A stretch of DNA of 64,000 nucleotides from an uncultured virus (IMG/VR IMGVR_UViG_3300025767_000004) (IMGVR_UViG_3300025767_000004); one strand, 5' to 3'. Shown: positions 27,829-39,600, counted from the stretch's first letter. Numbers and translations are program-made. The notes: a model not told the origin generated them from the letters alone.

Positions 27829-30639
27829 TTAAGACATTTCATCTAAATCATCACTTAACTTACTCAACTTAGCGTGTTGTTCGTTAAACGCATTTACTAA
27901 TAACGATGTCATCTGTGGGTAATTAACCTTTAAGAATCCATCAGCACTTTCAACAACTAATTCAGGTAAAACTTTCTGTACTTCCTGTGCGATTACACCG
28001 ATATCCGTTGGAGTTTCCAACGACTTTGGTTTATAATCACCTTTCCATACGAACTCAACACCTCTAATGCTCATTGCTTTATCTAACGAATTAGAAATCA
28101 ATTCTACATTTTTCTTAGCTCTTATATCAGATGCGGGTCCTGTATAACCTCTAGGTCCTTTAGCTCCTGTATAACCTCTAGGTCCTTTAGGCGCTCCTAA
28201 TGGTACTATACCAGCAGGTCCTTTAATCCCTTTATAACCTTGTGGTCCTCTAACACCTTTTGTGGTATTACCGTAACCTTGCGGTCCTTGATTACCTCTA
28301 CTGTTACTCGCAGTACCTTGGTTACCAGGTTCACCTACATTTCCTGTTGGTCCTTGGTTACCTCTTGGTTGTGGGTCTCCTATTGAATTCCAATATTCCC
28401 TTCCATTTAACCCTCGGCTACCTTTTTTACCTTTAACACCTTTATTACCTTTAGGTCCTCCGTCACCAGGTCCTCCACGGTAGCTATCACCTTGTGGTCC
28501 TTGTGCACCAGTGGCTCCCATAGTTTTACCAGGTCTGTTACCTTTGATACCTTTGTAACCCTTAACACCTTTAGTAGTATTTGCATCCCCACCTTGTCCA
28601 CCAGGTCCTCTATTACCTTTAGTTCCGATATTACCTTTAGGTCCTTTTGGTGAGTATCCTGTTGGTCCTTGGTTACCTGTAGCACCTTTGTAACCTTTGT
28701 TACCTTTAGTACCTTTATCTCCAGGTCCTCCTTGTGGCCCTACTGGTCCTTGTGGTCCTACTGGTTGATATCCTTTAGGTCCTGCGTTTCCTTTAGGTCC
28801 TTTTCCACCAGCATTACCTTTAAGTAAGTTGGTCGTGTAACCTTTGTCCCCTAATGGTCCTACGTCTCCTCTATTACCTTTAGGTCCTTTGTTACCTTTA
28901 ACCCCTTGAGGTCTAGCACCAATATTACCTTTAAGTCCTACGTAACCTTTAACACCTTTGATACCTTTTCCACCTGTTGGTCCTTGTGGTCCCGTTGGTC
29001 CTACTGGTCCTTGTGGTCCTCCCGGTCCTTGTGGTCCCTGTACACCTTGTGGTTGATAACCTTTAGCACCTTGGTATCCTTGTGGTCCACGGTCTCCAGC
29101 GTTACCTTTGTAACCTTTGTTACCAGTAGCACCTTTATAACCTTTAACCCCTTTATATCCTTGAGGTCCTTGTGGTCCTTGTCCACCTCTGTTACCTTTG
29201 GTATTACCACCTTGTGGCCCTCTAGGTCCTTGCGGTCCTGTTGGTCCTCCCGGTCCTGTAATACCTTTATCACCAATAGGTCCTGTTGAACTATCACCAA
29301 CACCACCACGATATCCTTGAACACCCTGTGTTCCTCTGTAACCTTTATCACCACCAGGTCCTGTAATACCTTTTGCTGATGTGTTACCTTTGATACCCTT
29401 AAGTCCTTGGTAACCTTGTGGTCCCGTTGGTCCTTGTGGTCCTAAAATGTTAGAGACACCTTTTCTACCTTTTCCACCTGTTGGTCCTTGTGGTCCTGTA
29501 GCTACTGAAGGTCCTTTAAGACCTTTATAACCTTTAGGTCCAATTATACCTTTATAACCTTTAATGTTTCCACCTTGGTTACCCTGTGGTCCTCTGTATC
29601 CCTTAACACCTTGATTACCCTGTGGTCCTCTAGGTCCTTTTGGTCCTGTTCCTCCACGATAACCTTTGTCACCACCTTGACCTACAGGTCCTCTTGGTCC
29701 TTGCGGTCCTTGATATCCCTGAGCTCCTTGGGCTCCTTGTGCTGATGGAGTACCTACAACACCTTTATCACCTTGCGGTCCTTGGAACCCTTGAAGTCCT
29801 CTAGGTCCTTTAGTTGTGTTAGCATCACCCTGAATACCACGGTCACCATTAACACCTTTAAAACCTTTGATACCTTTGATACCTTTTTGTCCTACCGGTC
29901 CTGTAATACCTTTAGGTCCCTGTGGTGAAACACCTTGAGGTCCCTGATAACCAGTATTACCCTGTGGTCCTACGACACCTTTGTTACCTTTGATACCTTT
30001 AGCACCTTGGTCCCCTACAGGTCCTAAGTTACCTACAGACCCTATATTTCCTTGTGGTCCTCTGTATCCTTTTGGTCCGATATTACCTTTAGTCCCTTGC
30101 GGTCCTGTTGGTCCTACGACACCCTTCTCACCAATAATACCTTTAGTACCTTTGAATCCTTTGTCACCAGGTCCTCCTTGGACTCCCTTGTTACCTTTGT
30201 TTCCTTTGGTACCGATATTACCTTTAATACCTAATGGTCCTTTATCACCGTTTATACCAGCGTAACCTTTAGGTCCTGTCGGCCCTGTTGGTCCCGTTGG
30301 GCCAGTGGTACCTTTAGTACCCTTAGCTCCAACGTTACCTACATAACCTTTTATGTTAGTGATAGACCCAACCCAATTACCGTTTTCATCGATAACTATG
30401 TCAGTTAAACCTTCACCGTTTTTCATTATAATCTTACCGTCCACAAGTTTTAAACCTCCAGACATTTTTACCCCACCAGAACCAATTTCTAATGCTGATA
30501 TTTCTCCGTCGTTACCTACTGTTAGTGGAAGGTTTTCACCCATAGATACTTTCATATCCACAGTACCGTTATTTACAAACAATATCTCTGGAGATGATAA
30601 CCCTTCTCTATTTGGTGTTATTAATATATTCTTAGCCAT
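27829..30639 (-). CDS. Collagen-like fibre protein 1 with C-terminal peptidase S74 chaperone
   Basis: Gly-X-Y from about residue 98 to 836, then SDIRAKKN...IGVIAQEV. Confidence 0.9.
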   Translation of the reverse strand: MAKNILITPNREGLSSPEILFVNNGTVDMKVSMGENLPLTVGNDGEISALEIGSGGVKMSGGLKLVDGKIIMKNGEGLTDIVIDENGNWVGSITNIKGYVGNVGAKGTKGTTGPTGPTGPTGPKGYAGINGDKGPLGIKGNIGTKGNKGNKGVQGGPGDKGFKGTKGIIGEKGVVGPTGPQGTKGNIGPKGYRGPQGNIGSVGNLGPVGDQGAKGIKGNKGVVGPQGNTGYQGPQGVSPQGPKGITGPVGQKGIKGIKGFKGVNGDRGIQGDANTTKGPRGLQGFQGPQGDKGVVGTPSAQGAQGAQGYQGPQGPRGPVGQGGDKGYRGGTGPKGPRGPQGNQGVKGYRGPQGNQGGNIKGYKGIIGPKGYKGLKGPSVATGPQGPTGGKGRKGVSNILGPQGPTGPQGYQGLKGIKGNTSAKGITGPGGDKGYRGTQGVQGYRGGVGDSSTGPIGDKGITGPGGPTGPQGPRGPQGGNTKGNRGGQGPQGPQGYKGVKGYKGATGNKGYKGNAGDRGPQGYQGAKGYQPQGVQGPQGPGGPQGPVGPTGPQGPTGGKGIKGVKGYVGLKGNIGARPQGVKGNKGPKGNRGDVGPLGDKGYTTNLLKGNAGGKGPKGNAGPKGYQPVGPQGPVGPQGGPGDKGTKGNKGYKGATGNQGPTGYSPKGPKGNIGTKGNRGPGGQGGDANTTKGVKGYKGIKGNRPGKTMGATGAQGPQGDSYRGGPGDGGPKGNKGVKGKKGSRGLNGREYWNSIGDPQPRGNQGPTGNVGEPGNQGTASNSRGNQGPQGYGNTTKGVRGPQGYKGIKGPAGIVPLGAPKGPRGYTGAKGPRGYTGPASDIRAKKNVELISNSLDKAMSIRGVEFVWKGDYKPKSLETPTDIGVIAQEVQKVLPELVVESADGFLKVNYPQMTSLLVNAFNEQHAKLSKLSDDLDEMS

Positions 30640-30644
30640 ATCTA

Positions 30645-33600
30645 TTATTTATTGTTTAGTCTAAGTTTATTTATTTCTTCCTCTAATTTGTCAATATTAA
30701 TCTGTTCCGCTTTAATAGCTTCAATGATTAATGGTACAACTCTAGAGTACGACATTGTTAAGAAACCTAAAGAGTTCGTAGTAACCGATGCCGGTAATAC
30801 TTCCTTAGCGTTCTGTGCAACAAATCCGATATCATGTTTACCATAGTATCCAACTTCTGCCCATTCTTTCTCTAATGACTCTTGTGTCCAATCATACTCA
30901 ACAGGTACTAAGTCCATGATTTTATCTAAAGGATTTGATATTTCAACAATATCAGTCTTTAGTCTAACATCCGAAGATGATAATCCACCACCATCATTTT
31001 GTGGATAATCACCGCCTGGTCCTCTACACGTAGAAGCCTGAGACCATGAAATACCATTCCAGTAATATGTCGACCCGTTAGCAGAATAATATCCTGGTTC
31101 CGCTAATTGACCACCAAATGGGTCCAAATAGATAGGATTACTAAAACTGAAAGTACTAGACGTTTGGAAAATCTCTATATTCCTAGGAGAATTACAACTA
31201 GAAAAATAATCACGACCATTAGCAATTATGTGACTGTAGTAAGTAGTTTGTGCTGGACCTGAAAGTCCTGTATCACCACGATTACCTTTAGTACCAGTAG
31301 CTCCTCTATTACCTTTAAGTCCTACAGTTGCGTCAGCTCCAGCATTACCTTTTGGTCCTACCGCTCCTCTATAACCTTTTACTCCGTTAGCCCCTTTTGG
31401 TCCTCTAGGTCCTTTATAACCTTGAGTTCCTGCCGGACCTGTAGGTCCTTGATAACCTCTAGGTCCTTTAACACCTTTAGGTCCAATCGTTGGTGTGTAG
31501 TTACCTCTAGAACCAGGTCCACCTGGGCTACCTGCGTAACCTTGTATACCTCTGTTTCCTTTAGGTCCTTTTGCACCTTGATTTCCACTTGCGTATCCTT
31601 TGTCTCCTGTTGGTCCTTTGTCTCCACCGGCACCTGTAGGTCCACTAGCACCTTGATACCCTGTTGGTCCTCTACCACCGTTATAACCTTTAGCTCCTTT
31701 ATAACCTTTATCTCCTTGTGGTCCTGTTGGTCCTACATTACCTATGTTACCTTTAGTTGCGGTATTACCTCTTGGTCCTTTTGGTGATGGTCCTGTATAA
31801 CCTTTAGGTCCTTGGTCTCCACGGTATCCTTTAGGTCCTATGTTACCTTTGATACCTTTGTTACCTTTGGTTCCAGTATTACCTCTATCACCTTGTGCTC
31901 CTCTATTACCTTTAGTACCTACTGGTCCTTGATAATGTGGTCCTCTGTAACCTTTAACACCTTTATAACCTTTAGGTCCTCTGTTACCTTTGTAACCTTG
32001 AGGTCCTTGTGGGGCAGTACCACCTACAGGTCCTTGACCACCTTGGCCACCTCTAGGTCCTTGTGGTTGGTATCCTTTAACACCTTTGTTACCCTTATAA
32101 CCTTTGTTACCTTTGTAACCTTTATCACCTACTGGTCCTGTCGGTCCTTGCGGTCCTGTACCACCTCTAAGTCCTGTCGGTCCTCTGTTACCTTTATGAC
32201 CTTTCTGACCGATAACCCCTTTTGGGCTACTACCTTGTGGTCCTCTGTAACCTTGAGGTCCTCTATTACCTTTGTAACCTTTGTCTCCTACAGGTCCTTG
32301 TCCACCTATTGGTCCACCAGGTCCACCAGGTCCTACATTACCTTTGATACCTTTATTACCTTTGGTTCCAACGTAACCTTTAACACCTTTAGGTGCGATA
32401 TAACCTTTATCTCCTGTAGGTCCTCTATCACCCGTAATTCCCGTGTTACCACGATTACCTTTGTTACCTTTAAGTGCTGGTGTTTGATTACCCTGAGGTC
32501 CAACATCTCCTTGTGGTCCTATATAACCTTTAACACCTTTGTTACCTTTGGCTCCAGTATTACCGATATACCCTTGTGGTCCTTTAACACCTTTAGGTGC
32601 TACTAATCCCGGAGTATTTGGGTCGTCATTCTGAGGTAAACCTTTAGGTCCCTGTGGTCCTCTATAACCTTGTGGTCCTTGATTACCTCTGTCACCTGTT
32701 GGTCCTACATTACCTATGTTACCTGTAAGTCCTCTATCTCCAGTATTACCTATGTTACCTTTAAGTCCTTTACCACCGCCTGGTCCTGCAACACCTTTGT
32801 TACCTTTATTACCTTTGTAACCTTTGTCACCTCCTGGTCCTGTTGGTCCTTTTGGTCCTGTTGGTCCTTTTGGTGATGAACCGATACCCCCTTGGATACC
32901 TTTATCACCTACAGGTCCTCTGTTACCAATATTACCTTTTAAACCTACAGGTCCTTTTGGTTGATAACCTTTTGGTCCTTGACCTCCTCTGTTACCTTGG
33001 TTTCCTTGAACTCCTTTAAGTCCTTTCGCCCCAATGTTACCTTTAGTTCCTACAGGTCCTAAGTCACCAGTATATCCCTTAGCTCCGATGTTACCTTTGA
33101 TACCTTGCGGTCCTTGATACCCAACGTTACCCGTTATACCTTTGATTCCTTTATAACCCTGAGGTCCTTTTGGTCCGATTTCACCTTTTGGTCCTCTAGG
33201 CCCTACAGGTCCTAAGTCACCAACGTTACCCTTGATACCTTTAATTCCCTGAATACCTTTTGGTCCTTGCGGTCCATCGTTACCTCTATAACCTTTATCA
33301 CCAGGTGCTCCATTATCTGAAGTTTCACCCTGTGGTCCAACGTTACCTTGAATACCTTTGTTACCTTTAGGTCCCTTCTGACCTACTGGTCCTCTGTTAC
33401 CTACAGTACCTTTGATACCCTTTATTCCTTTTACTCCTTGATATCCTTGTGGACCCTTTAAACCTTGAGGTCCTTTAATATCACCTAAGTAAACACCGTT
33501 CTCATTAATGATTACGTTACCCTGAGAATCCTTCAAATCACCTTCAATAATAAGGTCACCTTGAATTACGAATCTCTCAGTACCTGAGGTTTTCATTCTT

Positions 33601-33764
33601 GCAACCTCAGAACCGTTTAACATAACAACTAAATCATTCGTAGATGCTTCAGTCACTAATGTGTATTCCGTACCACCATTATATAATTCAATATTTGGTG
33701 CTCCGTCGGCTTCTGCTCTATTAGGATAAATAATTACCCCTTTTGTTCCTTTTTCTAGTGCCAT
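30645..33764 (-). CDS. Collagen-like fibre protein 2 with extra tip domain and S74 chaperone
   Basis: Gly-X-Y about 98-838, ~92 aa Cys/aromatic domain, SDVRLKTD...IGFVAQ. Confidence 0.9.
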   Translation of the reverse strand: MALEKGTKGVIIYPNRAEADGAPNIELYNGGTEYTLVTEASTNDLVVMLNGSEVARMKTSGTERFVIQGDLIIEGDLKDSQGNVIINENGVYLGDIKGPQGLKGPQGYQGVKGIKGIKGTVGNRGPVGQKGPKGNKGIQGNVGPQGETSDNGAPGDKGYRGNDGPQGPKGIQGIKGIKGNVGDLGPVGPRGPKGEIGPKGPQGYKGIKGITGNVGYQGPQGIKGNIGAKGYTGDLGPVGTKGNIGAKGLKGVQGNQGNRGGQGPKGYQPKGPVGLKGNIGNRGPVGDKGIQGGIGSSPKGPTGPKGPTGPGGDKGYKGNKGNKGVAGPGGGKGLKGNIGNTGDRGLTGNIGNVGPTGDRGNQGPQGYRGPQGPKGLPQNDDPNTPGLVAPKGVKGPQGYIGNTGAKGNKGVKGYIGPQGDVGPQGNQTPALKGNKGNRGNTGITGDRGPTGDKGYIAPKGVKGYVGTKGNKGIKGNVGPGGPGGPIGGQGPVGDKGYKGNRGPQGYRGPQGSSPKGVIGQKGHKGNRGPTGLRGGTGPQGPTGPVGDKGYKGNKGYKGNKGVKGYQPQGPRGGQGGQGPVGGTAPQGPQGYKGNRGPKGYKGVKGYRGPHYQGPVGTKGNRGAQGDRGNTGTKGNKGIKGNIGPKGYRGDQGPKGYTGPSPKGPRGNTATKGNIGNVGPTGPQGDKGYKGAKGYNGGRGPTGYQGASGPTGAGGDKGPTGDKGYASGNQGAKGPKGNRGIQGYAGSPGGPGSRGNYTPTIGPKGVKGPRGYQGPTGPAGTQGYKGPRGPKGANGVKGYRGAVGPKGNAGADATVGLKGNRGATGTKGNRGDTGLSGPAQTTYYSHIIANGRDYFSSCNSPRNIEIFQTSSTFSFSNPIYLDPFGGQLAEPGYYSANGSTYYWNGISWSQASTCRGPGGDYPQNDGGGLSSSDVRLKTDIVEISNPLDKIMDLVPVEYDWTQESLEKEWAEVGYYGKHDIGFVAQNAKEVLPASVTTNSLGFLTMSYSRVVPLIIEAIKAEQINIDKLEEEINKLRLNNK

Positions 33765-36565
33765 TATTTATTGTTTTTTGATTTGATAATCTCAAGTTTA
33801 TTATTTAAATCCTGAACGATTTGTCTTTGTTCTCTTAAAGAAGCAATTAAAATCGATGTCATTTTTGCATAATTAACGATTACCGCCCCACCAGGAACTT
33901 CAGTCGTCAATTCAGGTAATACTTCCTTCACCTCTTGAGCGATGAAACCAGTATCTTTACCTTTCTGTTTAAGTATATTAAATTCAGAATCTTCAATCCA
34001 CTCAAAGTTTACCCCTCTTAACTTAGTGATTTTATCAATCGCCATTGTTAATTCTGTGATATTCTCTTTAAGTCTCTTATCCGATGGTGGTCCTTGTGAC
34101 CCTATAGGTCCTTTAGCTCCTTGATACCCTGTAGGACCTCTAAGACCTTGTGGTCCTGAACCTCCTGGTGAAGTTGCAGTAGCACCTACCGGTCCTCTGT
34201 TACCTTTAGTACCTACTGGTCCTCTAGGGCCTCCGCCACCTTCATTACCTCTATAACCTTTTGGTCCTAATTTACCTTTATTACCTTTATTACCTTTGGT
34301 ACCTCTGTTACCTTTAAGTCCTCCTGGGAAAGTAATCCCTAAGTTATCATTAGTTCCTGAATAACCTTTGTCACCTGTTGGTCCTGTTGGTCCTCTACCT
34401 CCAGTATTACCTCTGTAACCTTTTGGTGCGGTACCAGCGTTACCTTTAAATCCTTTAGCACCTTTGTAACCTTTATACCCTTGAGGTCCCGTTGGTCCTC
34501 CTGGTCCTCTCGGTCCTTTTGGTCCTGAACCTCCTCTAGGTCCTGCATTACCTTTTGGTCCTTTATTACCTTTGTAACCTTTTTCACCAGCGGCACTGTT
34601 AGCCCCTTTATTTCCTATGTTACCTTTAGTTCCTGTATCACCTTGTGGTCCTCTATCACCAATTCCACCTTTAGCGCCTCTACCACCTTGGTTTCCTTGT
34701 GCACCTTGGTTTCCTTGGCCTCCAGCACCTCCTTTATATCCTTTGTCACCGACAGGTCCTTGATATCCTTTATCTCCTTTTCCACCAACGATACCTGTAG
34801 TACCTCTAGACCCTTGTGGTCCTCTATCACCACCAGGTCCTGCGTTACCTTTAATACCTTTGTTTCCTGTGTAACCTTTGATACCTTTTGCACCTGTTGG
34901 TCCTGTTGGTCCCTGTGGTCCTGTTATACCTCTAGGCCCTTGTGGTCCTTGGTTTCCTTTAGCTCCAATATTTCCTTTAACACCTTTGTTACCTTTAATA
35001 CCTTTACCTCCAGTATTACCTTTAAGTCCAATATAACCTTTTGGTCCTGTATATCCTTTAGGTCCTTTATTACCTTGAGTACCTACCGGTCCTGTTGGAC
35101 CTCCTGGTCCTCTATTTCCTTTAACTCCAATGTTACCTTTAGGTCCTTTAATACCTTTGTTACCAACGTAACCCTTAACACCTTTATTACCAGGTCCTCC
35201 TTGTGGCCCTTGATAACCCTGAGCACCCTGTGGTCCTCTTGGTGAGTTACCCGTATAACCTTTAACACCTTTATTACCCTTGATACCTTTGTCACCAGGT
35301 CCCCCTTGTGGCCCTTGATAACCCTGTGCACCAGGTGAACCTACAGGTCCTATAACTCCTTTGTTACCTTTATTACCTGTATTACCAAGGTTACCCTGTG
35401 GTCCTTGAGTACCTACCGGTCCTTGAGCTCCTCTGTTACCTTTAGTTCCTGTTAAACCACCTGAACCGATTGGACCTAAGTCTCCTCCTCCATTTTGTGG
35501 TCCTCTTGGTCCTTTAGGTCCAAAGTTACCTTTAATACCTTTATAACCTTGCGGTCCTTGGATTCCTTTAATCCCTTTGTATCCTATAGGCCCTTGTGGT
35601 TGATATCCTTTATCTCCTTGTCCCCCTTGAGGTCCTTGATATCCGATAACACCTTTATTTCCTTTGATACCTTTAATACCTTTGTTACCTTTAAGTCCTT
35701 TAGCCGCTGAATAACCTTTGTCACCCGTCGTACCTTTAGTACCTTTGTAACCTTTATCTCCTTGTGGTCCAAAGTTACCTCTGTAACCCTTAAGTCCAGT
35801 ATCCCCTCTGTCTCCAGTTGGTCCTGTTGGTCCCTGTGGTCCTTGCGGTCCTTGTTGACCTTGTGGTCCAACATTACCTGTTGCACCTTTATTACCTTTA
35901 ATACCCTTAGCTCCTCTGTTTCCTGTCGGTCCCTGTGGTCCTAATGGTCCGGTAATTCCTTTTGGAGAAAGTCCTTTTTGTCCTTGTTCTCCTCTGTTTC
36001 CTTTTATCCCTATAGGTCCCTGATTACCTACGTAACCTTTGTTTCCTTTAAGTCCTTGTTGTCCTTGTGGTCCTTGACCTCCTTGAGGTCCTATTGGACC
36101 GATTGGGCCTTGTTGTCCTTGGGCACCAATTGCTCCTTTTTGAGCAGTTGGTCCTACTATCCCTTCTGGACCTTTAGCACCTTGTGGGCCGATTACCCCT
36201 CTGGAACCAATGTATCCTTTCAAACCTTTTTGTCCTTGATTACCTTGAGCTCCCTGAGCTCCTGTTGGTCCTGTGTTTCCTTTTCTACCCTTGTCTCCAA
36301 TAAAATTAGAGGTATCACCTACGTAGTCACTTTCGATGAATGAGTCTTGTTCTTTGTTCTTAATTAAACCTGTTTGAAGGTTTTGGTTCTTTACTGTGGC
36401 AGTACCCTGAGCGTCAAATTCCATAAGTGTTGTTCCACCAGACTTGAAGATAAGAGAACCACCGGGGGTTAACCCGATGGTAATCTCTTCTACTCCATGT
36501 GTGATAACAATACTTGGATTACTTGACCCCGTAATATTCGGTGTGATTTTAATGTTCTTAGCCAT
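33764..36565 (-). CDS. Collagen-like fibre protein 3 with S74 chaperone
   Basis: Gly-X-Y about 90-827, SDKRLKEN...GFIAQEV; TAATG coupling to the next gene. Confidence 0.9.
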   Translation of the reverse strand: MAKNIKITPNITGSSNPSIVITHGVEEITIGLTPGGSLIFKSGGTTLMEFDAQGTATVKNQNLQTGLIKNKEQDSFIESDYVGDTSNFIGDKGRKGNTGPTGAQGAQGNQGQKGLKGYIGSRGVIGPQGAKGPEGIVGPTAQKGAIGAQGQQGPIGPIGPQGGQGPQGQQGLKGNKGYVGNQGPIGIKGNRGEQGQKGLSPKGITGPLGPQGPTGNRGAKGIKGNKGATGNVGPQGQQGPQGPQGPTGPTGDRGDTGLKGYRGNFGPQGDKGYKGTKGTTGDKGYSAAKGLKGNKGIKGIKGNKGVIGYQGPQGGQGDKGYQPQGPIGYKGIKGIQGPQGYKGIKGNFGPKGPRGPQNGGGDLGPIGSGGLTGTKGNRGAQGPVGTQGPQGNLGNTGNKGNKGVIGPVGSPGAQGYQGPQGGPGDKGIKGNKGVKGYTGNSPRGPQGAQGYQGPQGGPGNKGVKGYVGNKGIKGPKGNIGVKGNRGPGGPTGPVGTQGNKGPKGYTGPKGYIGLKGNTGGKGIKGNKGVKGNIGAKGNQGPQGPRGITGPQGPTGPTGAKGIKGYTGNKGIKGNAGPGGDRGPQGSRGTTGIVGGKGDKGYQGPVGDKGYKGGAGGQGNQGAQGNQGGRGAKGGIGDRGPQGDTGTKGNIGNKGANSAAGEKGYKGNKGPKGNAGPRGGSGPKGPRGPGGPTGPQGYKGYKGAKGFKGNAGTAPKGYRGNTGGRGPTGPTGDKGYSGTNDNLGITFPGGLKGNRGTKGNKGNKGKLGPKGYRGNEGGGGPRGPVGTKGNRGPVGATATSPGGSGPQGLRGPTGYQGAKGPIGSQGPPSDKRLKENITELTMAIDKITKLRGVNFEWIEDSEFNILKQKGKDTGFIAQEVKEVLPELTTEVPGGAVIVNYAKMTSILIASLREQRQIVQDLNNKLEIIKSKNNK

Positions 36566-36614
36566 TACAAAGAATCAATTTAATTTAGTTTATTATTATT
36601 ACAATTATTCATTA

Positions 36615-36622
36615 TATAAATA
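36615..36622 (-). promoter_or_regulatory. Putative late promoter TATTTATA for the collagen operon
   Basis: tataaata on +, 50 nt upstream of the 36565 ATG. Confidence 0.55.
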
Positions 36623-39600
36623 TTACGCTGAAAATTCAACTTTCAATTTGTATAAATCTTTTCTTTCAGCGTGTACGATGTAGTAAGCATTTACTTCACC
36701 TTCCGCAGAAACTTCAACCTTATTGTCAGCGACTGAAGAAACATAGTGTTGTGTTGGTTTACCGAACGGTGTTAATTGAACCGTGATAGTGTCCTCGTCA
36801 ACAAGACCAGTCCAATAATCAGGTAATTCAATTACTCCGTCACCCGTAACTTTACCTCTTACATAAACTCCGTGTTCTGGTCCCTCTAAGTTACCATACT
36901 GAAGTTTCATATTTGGTTTAGTTGGGTGGTCAATTAAGAACGATTTACTCTGTGCTCTTAACTCACCCATAATCTCAACATCTTGGTTAATCATTAATGC
37001 TCCACCAATATCTGTTAATCTATTTTGACCAACAAATACATTAGTTGCCACAACATGAGTTGCAGTTACATCATTAAACCTTACGTTATCGGTTGTTCTT
37101 AGATTTTGGTTCATTAAGTGAACTTCAGTTGCTCCTTGACCCGTATTAACAGTACTAAACGTTACCGCTGAGTTTGTTTTTACGTGTTGGTTCATTGTGT
37201 CCGCGTAACCATTATCTGTAAACCTACCATCTAAATCAATATTGATATCAGATAAAGAACCTGACCTTCCTATTGTTAATACCCCGTTTGCGGTATTGAA
37301 AGATGCTCCGTCAACGTAGTTGTTGTTATCTACAGTATCAACTAAGTATCTACCATCTAAATCGATTGTTAAATCTGATAAAGAACCTGTTCTACCGATA
37401 GTTAATTGACCATTAGTTGTATTGAATGCCACTGAATCTGCGTAGTTATCAGTATCCGTGTCAATAGCAAATCCTGAAACCGCCACACTATCACCATCTG
37501 ACTTAGTCAGTGTTAATGTTTGTGTTCCTGAATTGTATGTACCACCTGTTACTGTAACATCCGTCGTTAATGACGATAAGTTAACATTGTAAGATTCATT
37601 TGTACCACCAACTGTTAATGTTGTACCGTTAAGTGATGCTCCAGCTAAACCGTTTACATCTTCAATTTCAATAGATAACTGACCGTCAGACGCGATTCTC
37701 GCAGTCTCTTCAGCCGCTATTCTATTTGTTAATGAAGTGTCAGCGGTTCCTCTAACAGACTCTTCATTACCTACCCTAGTGTGTAATGAAGTTACTTCTC
37801 CATTTGTTACACCTATCTCAGTAGACAATCCTGTTGAGATTGTACCTACTCTCGTATGTAATGAATTATCTTTTACTAATCTCGTAGACTCTTCTTTAGA
37901 AATTCTCACTTCTAATGAACCGTCGGCAGAACCTGCAGAACCTTCTACGTTATTAATTCTCGAGTGTAACTGTACAATATCAGCATCTGTAGTATCAATC
38001 TCAGTAGATAATGCTGACGATACTTGTGCGAATCTATTATGTAATGATGTTTCACCCGCACTATATGCGTTTGATACATTCACTACGTTATTAGCGATTG
38101 AATTATCTTTCACTAATCTCGTAGACTCTTCTTTAGAAATTCTAGTATGTAATGAAGTTACTTCACCATTTGTTGTACCAATTTCGTTACCGATTCTAGT
38201 ATTTAATGAATTTACCTCACCATTTGTAGTATTAATTTCTGAAGATAAAGCTGCAGATACATTACCTAATCCTGTAGATACTGCTCCTAATCCACCTTCA
38301 ATAACATCAACTCTTTCGTTGATTGACGTATCGTCATAACCTGATTGCTCAATGTTCTGTACTCTAACGTTTAATGCGTTAATTTCAGTGTCTGTAGTGT
38401 TAATCTCGTCGAATAAATCTTTAGAAACTTCTCCGATAAGACCTATAACATCGTCAATCGCATCTTCTCTATTACCTTCCTCGTTAGCGATTCTTGTAGT
38501 TAATGAAGTATCAGCCGACGCTCTAACACCAGCCTCAGTACCTACTGCTGAAGATACATTTCCTACCTTAGTAGTTAATGAGTCATCTCCTGCTTTGATA
38601 GCCACAGAAACTGCTACAGATGTAGCGTATGGATTAAGTGCTGAAGTTAATTCTCCACTCGTAGTGAACGTTCCTAAATTAACAGAAACAACCCCACCTT
38701 TTACTCTATTTAATTTTAATACTTGATTAGTTAACGATGCTCCCGATACATAATCTTCGTTATCGATAGCGTAATCAATTTTAGTATTTAACGATAAGTC
38801 ACCAGCAATTCTTGCCGTAGCTTCATCACCTACTTCACTAGCCACCTGAGACGATACATCTGATGATGTTGCGTATGGTGCTAATGCCGCAGTTACTTCA
38901 CTTGCAGTTTGGTATTGACCTAAGTTAACCGATACGTTTCCGTTCTGTCTCGTTAATGTTAATACGTCACCTGTGATAGATGCTCCTGTGATAAAGTTAT
39001 CAGTATCTGTATCATCTTTGAATTGAGATAAGTCAACTGAAACAACACCACCAAGTGCTCTTGTTAATTCAAGTACGTCTCCGTCCATAGAAGCAGAAGA
39101 TACATAATCTTCACTTCCAATTCTTGAAGAAGCTTCCGCACTAATCTGAGCCGCTAATGCCGCGTCCTGTGCGTCAACATATGATGTGTTCGCTTTCGGT
39201 GCAATTGCTGAAGCTAATTCTCCTGATGTTACAAAACCTGCTAACGATACCGATAATGGTGCTAAACCTTGTCTCGATAAGATTAAATCTTGTCCTGACA
39301 TTGCCGCTCCTGTGATAAAGTTATCACCATCAACATCAACGTAGAAGTCAGATACCACTACTGTGTAACCATCAGACTTAGTTAATGTTAATTCACCCGT
39401 TGCTGAGTCGTAAGAACCTGAAGATACGTTTACGTCAGTCGCTAATGAACTTAAATCAACCGTGTAAGATTCTTCAGAACCTGAAACTGTTAATACGTTC
39501 GCTGCGAATGATGCTCCGTCTAATTCATTATGTGATGCAATATCACCGTCCATACTATCAAGTCTTGCAGTGATTGAAGCATCCTGTGCGTCAACATATA

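Noticed and set aside
28407..36343. Many alternative-frame and plus-strand ORFs in the collagen region
   Set aside because: Shadows of periodic Gly-X-Y codons; low-complexity translations with no independent signals.
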